Below, in pieces: positions 1 to 10,468 of a stretch of DNA of 64,000 nucleotides (the stretch's first letter is position 1; every line of letters starts with the position of its first letter). Source of the DNA: a virus (taxonomy: Duplodnaviria; Caudoviricetes). The position numbers and the translations under genes were made by a program. The DNA lies in the IMG/VR virus record IMGVR_UViG_3300028886_000051. One strand, 5' to 3'. The notes below the pieces were generated by a model. The model saw only the letters and a list, made by a program, of their open reading frames with translations, searched no databases and was not told the origin of the DNA.

Positions 1-630
1 CACTTGCAAAAGTGCTTAAAAAACTTTTTGCATGGCATTGTTTCAAGTCTAGTATAGGTTGAAACGGGCTGATACTGGCACGCTGAAAAGCGGTTGCGTG
101 TTTCAAGTGCCTACAATGGCTCAACTGGGAATGAGTTACCCAGTGTGACGGCTGAACTTAAGCCTAACAGCCTGAGTAGGATAACACGAGATTCATGCGA
201 TGCTAGGATGCGTACTAAGTCAGACTGCGTAGAACTAAGAACGGTGCGAAACTCCAGTGAGTGGGATATGCCATTACTCACTTTGACGGTCAATCCGTCT
301 GCATGGTTAGTCAGTGCATAAGTTGGCTAACACCTGATAAGTGACTGCTTATCTATGATGACGTGGTAAAACGTGCCGATTTTCTCAATTTGCGGATTAT
401 GTCGGCACTGTATGCTTGTATAGGTACGGTGTCGGCTTTTTTCAGTGCACATAATGGGACAGCCACATGATAGCTAGTGGGAAGTCAGAAAACAACGGTG
501 TGAAACGTTGCTACTCCAATGGTGACATGGATAAAGTAGTGTTCTGGACATTATGCGTAGTGAAAAGTCCGCAAATGGACTATAACAGGTAGTTCCCAAA
601 ATGGGTATAAAGCAACGACAACTGCCTGAA
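1..630 (+). ncRNA. Candidate large structured non-coding RNA (5' end may lie outside the window)
   Basis: No credible ORF, visibly more GC-rich than the rest of the window, and back-to-back hairpins, e.g. 40-65, 124-144, 256-282, 285-299, 306-331, 336-353, 373-408, 493-510, 566-581, 586-628. Strand assumed from neighbouring genes. Confidence 0.55.
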
Positions 631-641
631 TAGGAGATTTT

Positions 642-1391
642 ATGGCTAAGAAGATTTACAACATCAATGCAATGAGACCAGTAATAGTAGCAGCGCACAG
701 TGCAGAATACTGCAACTCTAAAGCAATCACGAAAGAAATGGTTGTTGGAGCAGGTGTAGACAACTCTTACTTTGTGAAATGGCAGGCTGATGTAAATGCA
801 TTACGGGAGACTGTTTGCGAGTATGTCAAGTTAAAGCATGACACAAGTGCAAAAGATGAGGATGTTTATGCAGCAAGAGAGCGTATTTTCCCTAAATGGA
901 AAACGATTCTCGAAGCAGGTGAAAACACCAAAGAGGCAAAAGAATTGCATGTTACACCATACGATGTAGATAGCCTTGTTGGATACGCAGAGCAGTTCAT
1001 GGCTACATCTCGTGGTACTATGATTACTTACACAACAAAGCAGATTTTCCGCAAGTATGTAGAAGCTCTGCTTGGTTGCAGAATTGCACAGAATGCGGTT
1101 ATGTCAGACAGTGACAGAGATACACTTCAGGCATATTATTCTGCACAGAGACGCATTCAGAATTGCATTGACACAGCATCTGACCTCAAGACACAGAAGG
1201 AAAACTATATGTCTATGAAGGAAGGTGCAAAGAATGAGCCAGCGTTCCTTGCATTTATTGACCGCATGATTAAGTCAGTAGAGGAACAGGAAAAAGCAAA
1301 TGAGGAAAGTCGCATTAAGGCAAATGAAGCACTTGCAAAGGTATCTAAGGATGCTAAGGCAATTGAAGCAAAGATTAAGGAAATTAAATAG
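642..1391 (+). CDS. Hypothetical protein, 249 aa, C-terminal coiled coil
   Basis: Long ORF with AGGAG SD; K/E/A-rich helical C-terminus. Confidence 0.8.
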   Translation: MAKKIYNINAMRPVIVAAHSAEYCNSKAITKEMVVGAGVDNSYFVKWQADVNALRETVCEYVKLKHDTSAKDEDVYAARERIFPKWKTILEAGENTKEAKELHVTPYDVDSLVGYAEQFMATSRGTMITYTTKQIFRKYVEALLGCRIAQNAVMSDSDRDTLQAYYSAQRRIQNCIDTASDLKTQKENYMSMKEGAKNEPAFLAFIDRMIKSVEEQEKANEESRIKANEALAKVSKDAKAIEAKIKEIK

Positions 1392-1427
1392 TGCGACTAT
1401 ATAGGCATGGGCGATTTTCGCCTGTGC

Positions 1428-1481
1428 CTTTCCGTCTTACGGTGTGAGTCCGTAACCGATGAGCAGAAGCGAAACGGAAAG
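1428..1481 (+). ncRNA. Type III hammerhead ribozyme (CCGAUGA core variant)
   Basis: Stem III CUUUCCGU/ACGGAAAG; cleavage triplet GUC 1434-1436; stem I UUACGG/CCGUAA with loop UGUGAGU; core CCGAUGA 1456-1462; stem II GC-AGAA-GC; GAAA 1471-1474. Confidence 0.8.
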
Positions 1482-1504
1482 CAAAATTGAGGAGGTATAT
1501 CATT

Positions 1505-1669
1505 ATGACTATTAAACAGACTGCAATACCATTAGTGCGAGCAACAGAAATATTTAAGAACTTCTTTAAGCGAAATCCAGATATGAAAAATATGGATGAT
1601 GTAACGGAACTGCTTGCTATACATTGGGATATATATTATGCAATGCAAAATATTGAAATGCGTCAGTAG
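1505..1669 (+). CDS. Small hypothetical protein
   Basis: GGAGG SD before ATG 1505 (the ORF track starts further upstream). Confidence 0.6.
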   Translation: MTIKQTAIPLVRATEIFKNFFKRNPDMKNMDDVTELLAIHWDIYYAMQNIEMRQ

Positions 1670-1754
1670 TTGCGTCAAATATACGATAAAATCGTATATT
1701 AAAATCAACGCTACCAGTCTGCCTAAATTTAAAACAATTCCAGGAGGTATAATT

Positions 1755-2126
1755 ATGGAAAAGAAAAATTTAAACAATTGCACTATGAATGAGGCTATTG
1801 CTATTTTAAAAGAAGCCTCAATGAAAAGCAAAAGAAGCAATTTTACAATCAAGTGCGATAATTGTACGCTTGATATTGTATGCGGTGGTGAATTTAATAT
1901 GTGCGATGAAGTAATTGAAGTTGCATTATTTACAGTAAACGGAGAAACTTGGCTCCCTCTTGATATGGAAAATGCAGATGGAAGCATTATGACAGAAGAT
2001 AGACCGATTATCCACAATCTTCCGTTAATTTGTTTTCCTGCTTTTGTAAGGCAGTTTAAAAAATTATCCGATGAAGATATGAGTGTAGTATGGGATGCAT
2101 GGGATACCATCTCACTTTATTCTTAA
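1755..2126 (+). CDS. Hypothetical protein
   Basis: AGGAGG SD before ATG 1755, in frame with track ORF 1614..2126. Confidence 0.7.
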   Translation: MEKKNLNNCTMNEAIAILKEASMKSKRSNFTIKCDNCTLDIVCGGEFNMCDEVIEVALFTVNGETWLPLDMENADGSIMTEDRPIIHNLPLICFPAFVRQFKKLSDEDMSVVWDAWDTISLYS

Positions 2127-2153
2127 TTTGTAGGCAGACTGAAATCTGCCTAT

Positions 2154-2224
2154 GGGATACAAGGCAAACACCTCTACGTGGTGTGTCCTAGAAACGGAAA
2201 TGCAATTTTCCGGCTAAGTTTGCC
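2154..2224 (+). ncRNA. HDV-like self-cleaving ribozyme
   Basis: P1 GGGAUAC/GUGUCCU with G1-U wobble; P2 GGCAAAC/GUUUGCC; P3 ACC/GGU with L3 UCUACGU; P1.1 CU/AG; P4 CGGAAA/UUUCCG; J4/2 GCUAA with catalytic C at 2214. Confidence 0.85.
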
Positions 2225-2248
2225 AATATGAAAATCGGAGGTGTAATT

Positions 2249-2410
2249 ATGAGTGTAGAAAGCAAAGTATACCGTTTAACAAACGGAAATCTTATGGCAA
2301 GAGAACTGTATGATATTGATAGGGAAATATATAATTTTCTATGCGTACATACAGTGGAAGTAGCACGGCGATTCTTTGGATGGAAACGTATAAAAGAATT
2401 GCAAAAATAA
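2249..2410 (+). CDS. Small hypothetical protein
   Basis: GGAGG SD before ATG 2249. Confidence 0.55.
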   Translation: MSVESKVYRLTNGNLMARELYDIDREIYNFLCVHTVEVARRFFGWKRIKELQK

Positions 2411-2600
2411 AAACTTATTGCTATAATAAAATTGTATTTACCTTTCTAAAGGGAAATATATAATTGTGTCAATGAGTGGTAAGGGAAACCGAGCCACTCT
2501 AACACTTGCGTAATAGAAACCTTTATGTGGTGCAAGTGATAAGTATTTTGCATATTTGCAAAAGAAACTAATTCTATAAAACGCAAATTGGAGGTATATA

Positions 2601-3014
2601 ATGGAAAAGCAAAATGAATTATATGAAACCGTTGAAAAAATCGCAAAGGCAAGTGTTCTATTGTATGCCGTAATGGAAAGCGATGGTGATTTGATTGAAG
2701 AACCATGTGTCATAAATAAGCGAAAATACGATGGATTTCATAAAGCAATTGAAATTTTGTCAGATTTAAAGGCAAAAGGACAGTGCGATTTTGAGGCAAT
2801 GGATATCAGAAAAGAATACACTATGCATTCTATAGAGGTTAAATGGAATTTAACAGATGATTTTTATATTTATATAGATGAATCAAATAAAAGCGAAATT
2901 AAAACTCTTTTAGATTGTATGGATACTTGTATTATATCTGATGACGATGCTACAAGATGGAGTTTTATAAGCAAAATATTTGTTCCAAAAAGCGAAATTG
3001 AAAGTGGTGATTAA
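2601..3014 (+). CDS. Hypothetical protein
   Basis: ORF with GGAGG SD. Confidence 0.7.
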   Translation: MEKQNELYETVEKIAKASVLLYAVMESDGDLIEEPCVINKRKYDGFHKAIEILSDLKAKGQCDFEAMDIRKEYTMHSIEVKWNLTDDFYIYIDESNKSEIKTLLDCMDTCIISDDDATRWSFISKIFVPKSEIESGD

Positions 3015-3296
3015 ATGATAGTATATGATAAACTGATGAATATTTTATCAGAAAGGAAAATGAATAAGCGTCAACTTTCAGAAGCAATAGGAATAAAGGC
3101 AAACACAATGTCTGCATTATCTAAGAATAGAAATGTAAACATGGAAACTATAAACCGTATCTGTGAGTATCTTAAAATCCAACCTTCAGAAATTATGGAA
3201 TGGATACCAGATGAAGAATATAACAAGGCAAATGAAGAAAAACAAGCCATAGAAGCTCAAATAGCCGAACTTCAAGCGAAACTAAAAAAAATGTAA
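3015..3296 (+). CDS. Cro/C1-type (Xre) helix-turn-helix regulator
   Basis: YDKLMNILSERKMNKRQLSEAIGI...VNMETINRICEYLKIQPSEIMEW matches the Cro/C1 HTH pattern. Confidence 0.85.
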   Translation: MIVYDKLMNILSERKMNKRQLSEAIGIKANTMSALSKNRNVNMETINRICEYLKIQPSEIMEWIPDEEYNKANEEKQAIEAQIAELQAKLKKM

Positions 3297-3300
3297 TCAC

Positions 3301-3332
3301 AAAAAGCACTCTCAAATTGAGGGTGTTTTTTT
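3301..3332. terminator. Rho-independent terminator, possibly bidirectional
   Basis: AAAAAGCACTCTC-AAATT-GAGGGTGTTTTTTT directly after the stop codon. Confidence 0.7.
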
Positions 3333-3654
3333 AATGTAAATGAAAACAAAAAAGGCATATAAGCACCCCAAACGCAAAGGGTGCTATTTTTGTACCAAAA
3401 AAGAGAATAACAGAGAATAATAATAATATACAAATTTAAAGGAGGTTGTTCAAATGGCAACTTGGCAGAAAGAAATTATGAAACTTGCAAATGACCTTTG
3501 TCTTAATATGACAAAGGCAAAACAAATCGTAATAGAAACAGACACATTATCAGTCCCACAAGGCAAATGTGAGACTGAATGGAAATATGATCGTGCGTAC
3601 TCACGAATATTGCCTATGATAATGAATATGTGAGAAATAAGAAAGGAAATAAAA

Positions 3655-3921
3655 ATGAATAATATAGCAAATGTATCAAAAGAAAACAATAATGTAGAGA
3701 GATATTATACTCTCGAACAAGCAAAAGAAATCCTCAGAAATGAGAGAATAAATAGAATGAAAATACTTAAAGAAAAGGCAAAACAGAAAGCAATTGGGCT
3801 GTTCATGATAGCATTAGGAATAGTTATTCCCTTTATCTTAAATGGAGACGCAACTGCGTCTGTAATAGCCATTCCATTAGGAGTAGCAATTGTAGTTACA
3901 AAAGATAAGGTGGTGGATTAA
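3655..3921 (+). CDS. Small membrane protein
   Basis: Two hydrophobic segments in the C-terminal half. Confidence 0.65.
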   Translation: MNNIANVSKENNNVERYYTLEQAKEILRNERINRMKILKEKAKQKAIGLFMIALGIVIPFILNGDATASVIAIPLGVAIVVTKDKVVD

Positions 3922-6900
3922 TATGAAAGGCTATTATATTTCGGATGCCTATATGGGTTATATCCCAAGTATAGGCAAATATCAGCAGTTTGAAAGCGAA
4001 AGTGCATACATACAATATATGAAGGAGGTTGAAGGACAATGTTAGACTACGAAGACTTTTATAATATTGCCGAATATGGCAATGAACATTGGAAAGGAAA
4101 CTTCACACCAAAGGAAGTAGCTTGTAATGCCTACGATTATAAGGTAGAGTATGCTTTATCTTTAACACAAGGTAAACCGACTCATACAATGATTGAATTA
4201 TGTAAATTAATCTGTGAGGATATGGACTTTGCAGATTATACAGATATTCAGGAAGAAAGCAAAAATGATTTAACACTTGAACAAATGGAAGAGATTCTAG
4301 AAAACTTTTTATTTATTGGAGGTGTAGATTATGAAATGGATTGAGATTTTACAAAAAGATAACTACGCATTATTACAAAGCGAAAGCGATACACAGTATG
4401 CAGTTGTTAGTGACTATGATCCAACGCAACCTGAAGATCAGCAATGGTCAAGTGGAATATATTTTACTTATTTCCAAAACAATCTTAAGAAGATACTATA
4501 TCTTCAATCGGCATATGATTGCTTCATGGAAAAGACAAATCCAGATTATATCCCACGGAGCAGATTAGAGGAACTTGCAACATTATTTAAAGATGGACTT
4601 ATCTCTGATGACAGAGAAAGTGCGATGGAATATTTTAATGAAGTTTGTGAGATGACAGATGAAGAAAAAACATATTTTGGAATAGAAAGTGAGGAATAGA
4701 TATGGGACAGTTTAGTTGGATTTATTCAGATACAGGCAAACAATTATTGGACGATGTAGAAGCAGATGCTTACTTATTAGTTCCGAAGCCATTTCAAAAA
4801 GAATATGGTAAGTCAATCCATGAGACATTTTATGACGGTTATGGAAATTTCGGAAAATATGATGTATATGATTTGTTGGCTTTGTGGAATCGTGATTATT
4901 TACCAATGGAAACAAAAGTGTTGAGCGAACCTAAAATTGAAAATTACGGTGGTTTATATTCATTCGAAAAAGACGAACTTCGTAAAAATGGAATGACGGA
5001 AGAAGAAATTGAGAAGATGGACAGAGAGGAAAGGCAGATTTCTTATGATAAAGCCGTAAAAAGATATAAAAGGGGTTTGCAGAGAATTAAAGATTTTATG
5101 AATCGTATTCCTGATTTAGAAATGAAAGAAAAATATGGTAGAAGCTATCTTCGAGAAATTGGAATTGATATTGGTTGTTATGATGAAGACAACGCAAAAT
5201 TAAAATATCCGATTAAAATTACCACAAAAGAAATGGAATATGAGGAAGTAGCACCATCAAAAAGTGATCCAAACCAGGGATGGGGAGAAGAAGATAATGA
5301 TGAAGATGAGGAATAGTGGTAAGACTAAATGGATATTTGTTTTGAAAAAGGAGGAATAGATATGGGATTTACAGAAATGGATGAAGTAAGAGTAAGAACT
5401 TATGGTGGTGCTATCGGCACTATTGAAATGGTTATATATGAAATGGTAGATAGTAAGGAAACAGATAATGTATATTGCTATGAAATGGAAATCAATGGTA
5501 AACATGGAGTCATAGTCTATCCAGACGAGATTGACGAATAAAGCTGATTATAGAACAGCAAATGCGTGTTTCTTTGGATTGGAAAGGAAGGTAAAAGAAA
5601 TGAGAGAACATTTTATTAAATTTATTGATGAAGATGTAGACGGATGTGGAACAGATGTGACTGTACTTGCAAGAGTTTATGGAAATGATATTACAGTTGG
5701 AACTATTGACAGAGTTAAGGATGCTATCTGTAATTACAAAAACGAAAATGAAGGCGAATGGGACACAGATGGTTGTCTTGAAGCTGCACAAGACCAATTT
5801 GAAGCAGAGGGTTATGAGGTTAGTTGGATAAATGAAGAAATGGAAATATGTTTTTAAGAAATTCGCATTTACTTTGGAATTGGAGGCGATTAAATGAGCT
5901 ATGTAATTGTTAAAGGCAAAAGTAATAGAGCATTAAATGATTTTGAATTTAATGGATTACCAGTTAAATCAAATGCTACTATGTGGCAAATGATTGAAAA
6001 TCCTGAATCATGTTATTCAAATAGACTATTCCACTTTTACAATGATTGTGCAAGTAGCTATAGGACAATTGAAGAAGCAGAACATCATATTTCTTTGATA
6101 AAAAGACAAATTGAAGAAAACAGAAACAGATATGAAAGTTGTATTAAAGGTTCAACGGATAAAATGCTAAAGTTTGCTAATCAGTTGAGAGTGATTGATA
6201 TTGAAGAAAGTAATTTTAAGCATGATGATAATTATGCAAACGCAAAACCTATATGAACTTGAAACTAAGATTTCTTAGGAAAGGAGTGAGAAAAATGATA
6301 ACGGAAAATACACGGAAACAGTTAGCAGATTACAGAAAGCATGGTAAGAAGCTCAAATATCTTATCAATTATCTCATGGGGTTAATTGAGGACGAAGATG
6401 ATTTCGAGGAGATAATTATAAGAGAAATGAAAGCTCTTGCATTCAACGAGGATGAAATTGTTGAATGCCTGGAATATGATTTCGGATTGGATATGAGTTG
6501 GCATCCAATGAGTGTAAACTATGGAAAGTAAATAACAAGTAAACGCAAAGGCAGTTAGGAGAATAATCTACTAGCTGCCTATTTTATTACAAGGAGGAAA
6601 CGAATTATGTACGATTTTACAAAAAATGAAATGGAAATTATTAAAGACAACCTGATGTCATTTATTGCAAACTTTGGCAAGCCACGGATTAAGCGTGGTG
6701 ATGACGGAGAAAGTTTTTATGTATTCACTGATGATTCAGATTCATGGAGACAGTATTGTTACAACATTGATTATCTGAATGGTTGGTTATATGGATGTGT
6801 TCAGACAGCTTGTGGTAATCCAAAGCGAGATGAAGAAATGAGAGAAATGTGTGATAGTGCAAGTTTCAGAGAAAGATATGCAATTTTATATGGTGAAAGA

Positions 6901-7035
6901 AAAACAAAAAATATCAACGGTCATAAATGTTATGTATTTACATATTCAGAAGACGATGAATATCAGGATACAAACGGAGCTTTATATGACACAGTAACAA
7001 GAAGTTGGAGAAATTAGAAAGGCAGGTTGATTAGT

Positions 7036-7995
7036 ATGAAATATACAATAGATACATTAAGAGAGATTAACGCAAGATTTTGTGGTTCGCATATACTTAT
7101 GAATTACGATGTAGATAAGGCAAATATGTATGTTGAACTTATAGAAAATACACGGTCTGAAAAGACTCCAAGTATAGGTGATTGCGTTAGATATACAAAC
7201 GAATATGGAGATTACTATGGAGCAGCTCATATTGAAAAAGCAGATGCGAATGAAATTTATATCTGTGAACGACCATATACACCTTTTGTTCATGAATACG
7301 AAGGCAGAATTAGTTGTAATACAAGTGGTGGAGCATGGACACATTTACCAACAAGAGAACTGAAATATATAGGTAAAATTGAAAAGAGATTTTGTGATTG
7401 GGGTAATTGTGGAGGCTGTGCAGATGGTGCTATTGATTTTATAGCGGAAGTAAATTTATGGGAATATGTAGATAGTAAAAATCCTTTTGTAAGTGAAAAT
7501 GGATATAAGTTCACAACAAAGGATTTTGATAAACAGTATATATCATTCAATCCTAAAGATAATTCACCTTATGTATATTTTGGAGAAGGTTGTGCATGGA
7601 AAAGTAAAACAGATTTATATGCTTATCTGAGAACATATAGAGCAGAAATTTTCAAAGGACATTGGCAGAATCAGTTCATTGTGTGGACTTGGAAAGAGAA
7701 ACAGCATCATGTATCACCAACGGAATTTGATAGTCTTAAATTAGAAGAAGATACATTCCTGATGAATGGTGACATCATGAGATGTAAAAGAAAATATGAT
7801 GAAATTACTCATACTGTACACACATATTATGTTTGGTATTGGGACGATCCAACTAAAGACTTCTTTGAGGCAAGTGCAGAACAGAATAAAATAAGAGAAA
7901 AATATTATACACTTGATAGAAAAACTCCAACATATATTGTTGCGAGAGAAGAAATAAAGTCTGGAATTGAAATTCCAAAACATAAGGAGGTGTAA
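7036..7995 (+). CDS. Conserved mobile-element protein, DUF4121-like
   Basis: Motifs SGGAW and FCDWGNCGGCADGAIDF, recalled from that family; ATG 7036. Confidence 0.55.
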   Translation: MKYTIDTLREINARFCGSHILMNYDVDKANMYVELIENTRSEKTPSIGDCVRYTNEYGDYYGAAHIEKADANEIYICERPYTPFVHEYEGRISCNTSGGAWTHLPTRELKYIGKIEKRFCDWGNCGGCADGAIDFIAEVNLWEYVDSKNPFVSENGYKFTTKDFDKQYISFNPKDNSPYVYFGEGCAWKSKTDLYAYLRTYRAEIFKGHWQNQFIVWTWKEKQHHVSPTEFDSLKLEEDTFLMNGDIMRCKRKYDEITHTVHTYYVWYWDDPTKDFFEASAEQNKIREKYYTLDRKTPTYIVAREEIKSGIEIPKHKEV

Positions 7996-8803
7996 TAGTA
8001 TGCAAGTCATAGATAAAGCCATTACACCAGACGGAATAGAAATTGAGCTTAGAGATTTAAGTGGAGAACATAAACTGCCAGATTATAACGGAATGGAAAT
8101 TGTTTTTCATACAATTGCAAAGAAAACATTTCCACCAAATAAAGGATGGTATGCACAAAAAGGAAAAGAATTTCATTCATGTATTTGTTGTTATAAAAAT
8201 TATACATCAGATATGTTAAAGGCAGATTATGAGGAACTAAAAAATGGTACTAAAACTCTTGCAGATTTGAAATCATATTTTTGGAATGGGTACAGAGATT
8301 GTTATGTACTTGGATTGGAAGGAAGTGAAAATTATGTTGAAAATTGAAATTAAAACAGGTGGTGCAGCTTATAGAGATGAAAACGATAAACTTGACAGAA
8401 GTGCTTACGAATTAAGACGTAACCTAAAAGAGATAATGGAAAAGTTAGAGTGTGGTTATCAGTCAGGTTTCATTATGGACATCAACGGAAATAAAGTTGG
8501 TGAATGGTCGTTAGAAGATTAAGGAGAGTGATTAGTATGGATATTCAAGGATTAAAAGAGAAATACATGAATAAAAAATTTGTAATAATAACTAACACAG
8601 AGCGTACAGTTTTGGTTACTGATATTGACGAACTCTATATGACAGTAAAGGTAATTAAGAACAGATATGGTAGGCAGAATTGCGTTGGAAATTATTTTCC
8701 TTATGTTGATGATGTAGTGAAATATCCATTGACAGCATTACCAATAATGTATGAAGTGTCAGAATAAACGGAAATGAAATTGTATTTCTTGGTAGAATAA
8801 TTA

Positions 8804-8845
8804 CAAGATATAGTGATACATAAAACGAGCAACCACAATATATAG
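8804..8845. promoter_or_regulatory. Tandem NrdR boxes
   Basis: CAAGATATAG (8804) and CAATATATAG (8836), 32-bp period; match the NrdR core CWATATATWG. Confidence 0.65.
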
Positions 8846-9979
8846 TATAAGAAAAGGAGATTAAAACTATGAGAGTAAATGAAGTAAGAAAAACAGAAAC
8901 AATTGAGAAGTTAGTAAGAACAGAGTACATTGCAGAAGATGGCACAGTATTTAGAAGTGAAGAGGAATGCAAGAAATATGAGGAATCAGCACTATTTGCA
9001 ATCAGCAAAGAGTTAAAGAGGCTTGATAATAAGAAAAATGGAGCTTCTGAATATGATATTTATGATGTATGTGTTGACGATTATCTGGTAGAGATTTTCA
9101 ATGCAGAAACAGAAAGAGATATTGAGAATATCAGAAGGTATGTATATCTTAAAGCTCTTTCAAATAGTTCATATGCGAGAAAGGAAGATGTTGATTTACC
9201 TAATATCACGGCAGGACATGAAGTAATTATCCATTGGAATTATGATGAAGTTAGTTGTTGGACTATTGGAAATGGAAGTATTGATGCTTTCTGTGATTAC
9301 ATTAGAGGAAATCTTATGAGTTTAATTACACCAAAGGAAGAGAAAGCAGACTAATACAGAGAATAATAAGGCAGACGCAAACAAATGTGTCTGTCTTATT
9401 TATTAGGAAGGAGTAAATGAAATGGAGTATGACAAAGGCATATATAACTATTATTCAAGAAAATATCCTGAAGAAATTTTAGGAGACTGCATGTTTATAA
9501 CAATTCCTATGATGGATGGAAGTGAGTCGTTGGATAAGCATTATATAAATCCACGAAAGGAAGAAGGATTTAATTTTCATGAAAATTGGTTATTAAGATT
9601 GATTTATCTAATTAAACCTATGATATGAGCAATGGAAGGAGAATTATATGAAGATGCATAAAATTTATGGTGTAGATAAAAATATCTGCACAGCAGAACA
9701 GAAAATTGCATACAATTATGCTTTTAGTCATCGTAATTGGTTGGAAAAGATTTATAAGTCAGATAGTACAGAAGCCGTTAAAAGCGAAGCATATCAAGAC
9801 GTAATTAGTTTAGTGGCGAAATGTCTCAAAGATAATGAAACTGATAAAAGATACAACATTGATGCAATTATTCATTGCTTTAGAAATGGAATTGAAAATT
9901 ATATGAAACAACATTCAATTCTTAATTCTTATGAAGAAATAGGTAAAACATTTGTGTGTTTATATGATATTGAATAGAG

Positions 9980-10447
9980 GTGATGAAAATGAGAATTATT
10001 AAATATACAACACATCTTGATGAAGATAGAAAACCCAAACTTGTAAAAGAAAAAGCAAGTAATTATCCAGAAATATGTAGTTTAAATAGTCCACAAAAAA
10101 TTGTAGATATGATAAATGCAATATATAACGCAACTGTTCTTACAGAAGAATATATGTGGTTAATTGCATTAGATACAAAATATGCTCCAATTGGGATTTT
10201 TGAAATATCACATGGATTATTAAACGCTTCATTAATTTCACCAAGGGAAGTATTTATGAAATTATGTCTATGTGGTGCTTATGGATTTGTACTTGTACAC
10301 AATCACCCATCAGGGAATTGCTGTCCTTCTAAAGAAGATAGAGAAGTAACAGAGAAAATGAAACAGTGTGGTGAACTAATGAATATCAATTTAGTTGACC
10401 ATATTATTGTAGGCAATGGATATTATTCATTTAAAGAAAATAACTAA
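9980..10447 (+). CDS. radC: RadC-like JAB domain protein
   Basis: SPREVF, HNHPSG-x3-PS-x2-D and DHIIVG motifs. Confidence 0.9.
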   Translation: MMKMRIIKYTTHLDEDRKPKLVKEKASNYPEICSLNSPQKIVDMINAIYNATVLTEEYMWLIALDTKYAPIGIFEISHGLLNASLISPREVFMKLCLCGAYGFVLVHNHPSGNCCPSKEDREVTEKMKQCGELMNINLVDHIIVGNGYYSFKENN

Positions 10448-10468
10448 AAGAAAGGTTGGTAGATAACT

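Noticed and set aside
1-630. Group I or group II intron
   Set aside because: No convincing P7 core or domain V could be identified, and no interrupted exon pair is visible.
94-698. Short ORFs 94-321, 111-293 and 474-698
   Set aside because: No SDs and atypical composition; they overlap the structured RNA candidate.
8776-8788. GAAA-TTGTA-TTTC as a member of the dyad family
   Set aside because: The spacer is 5 bp, not 6; possibly a degenerate copy, but not counted.
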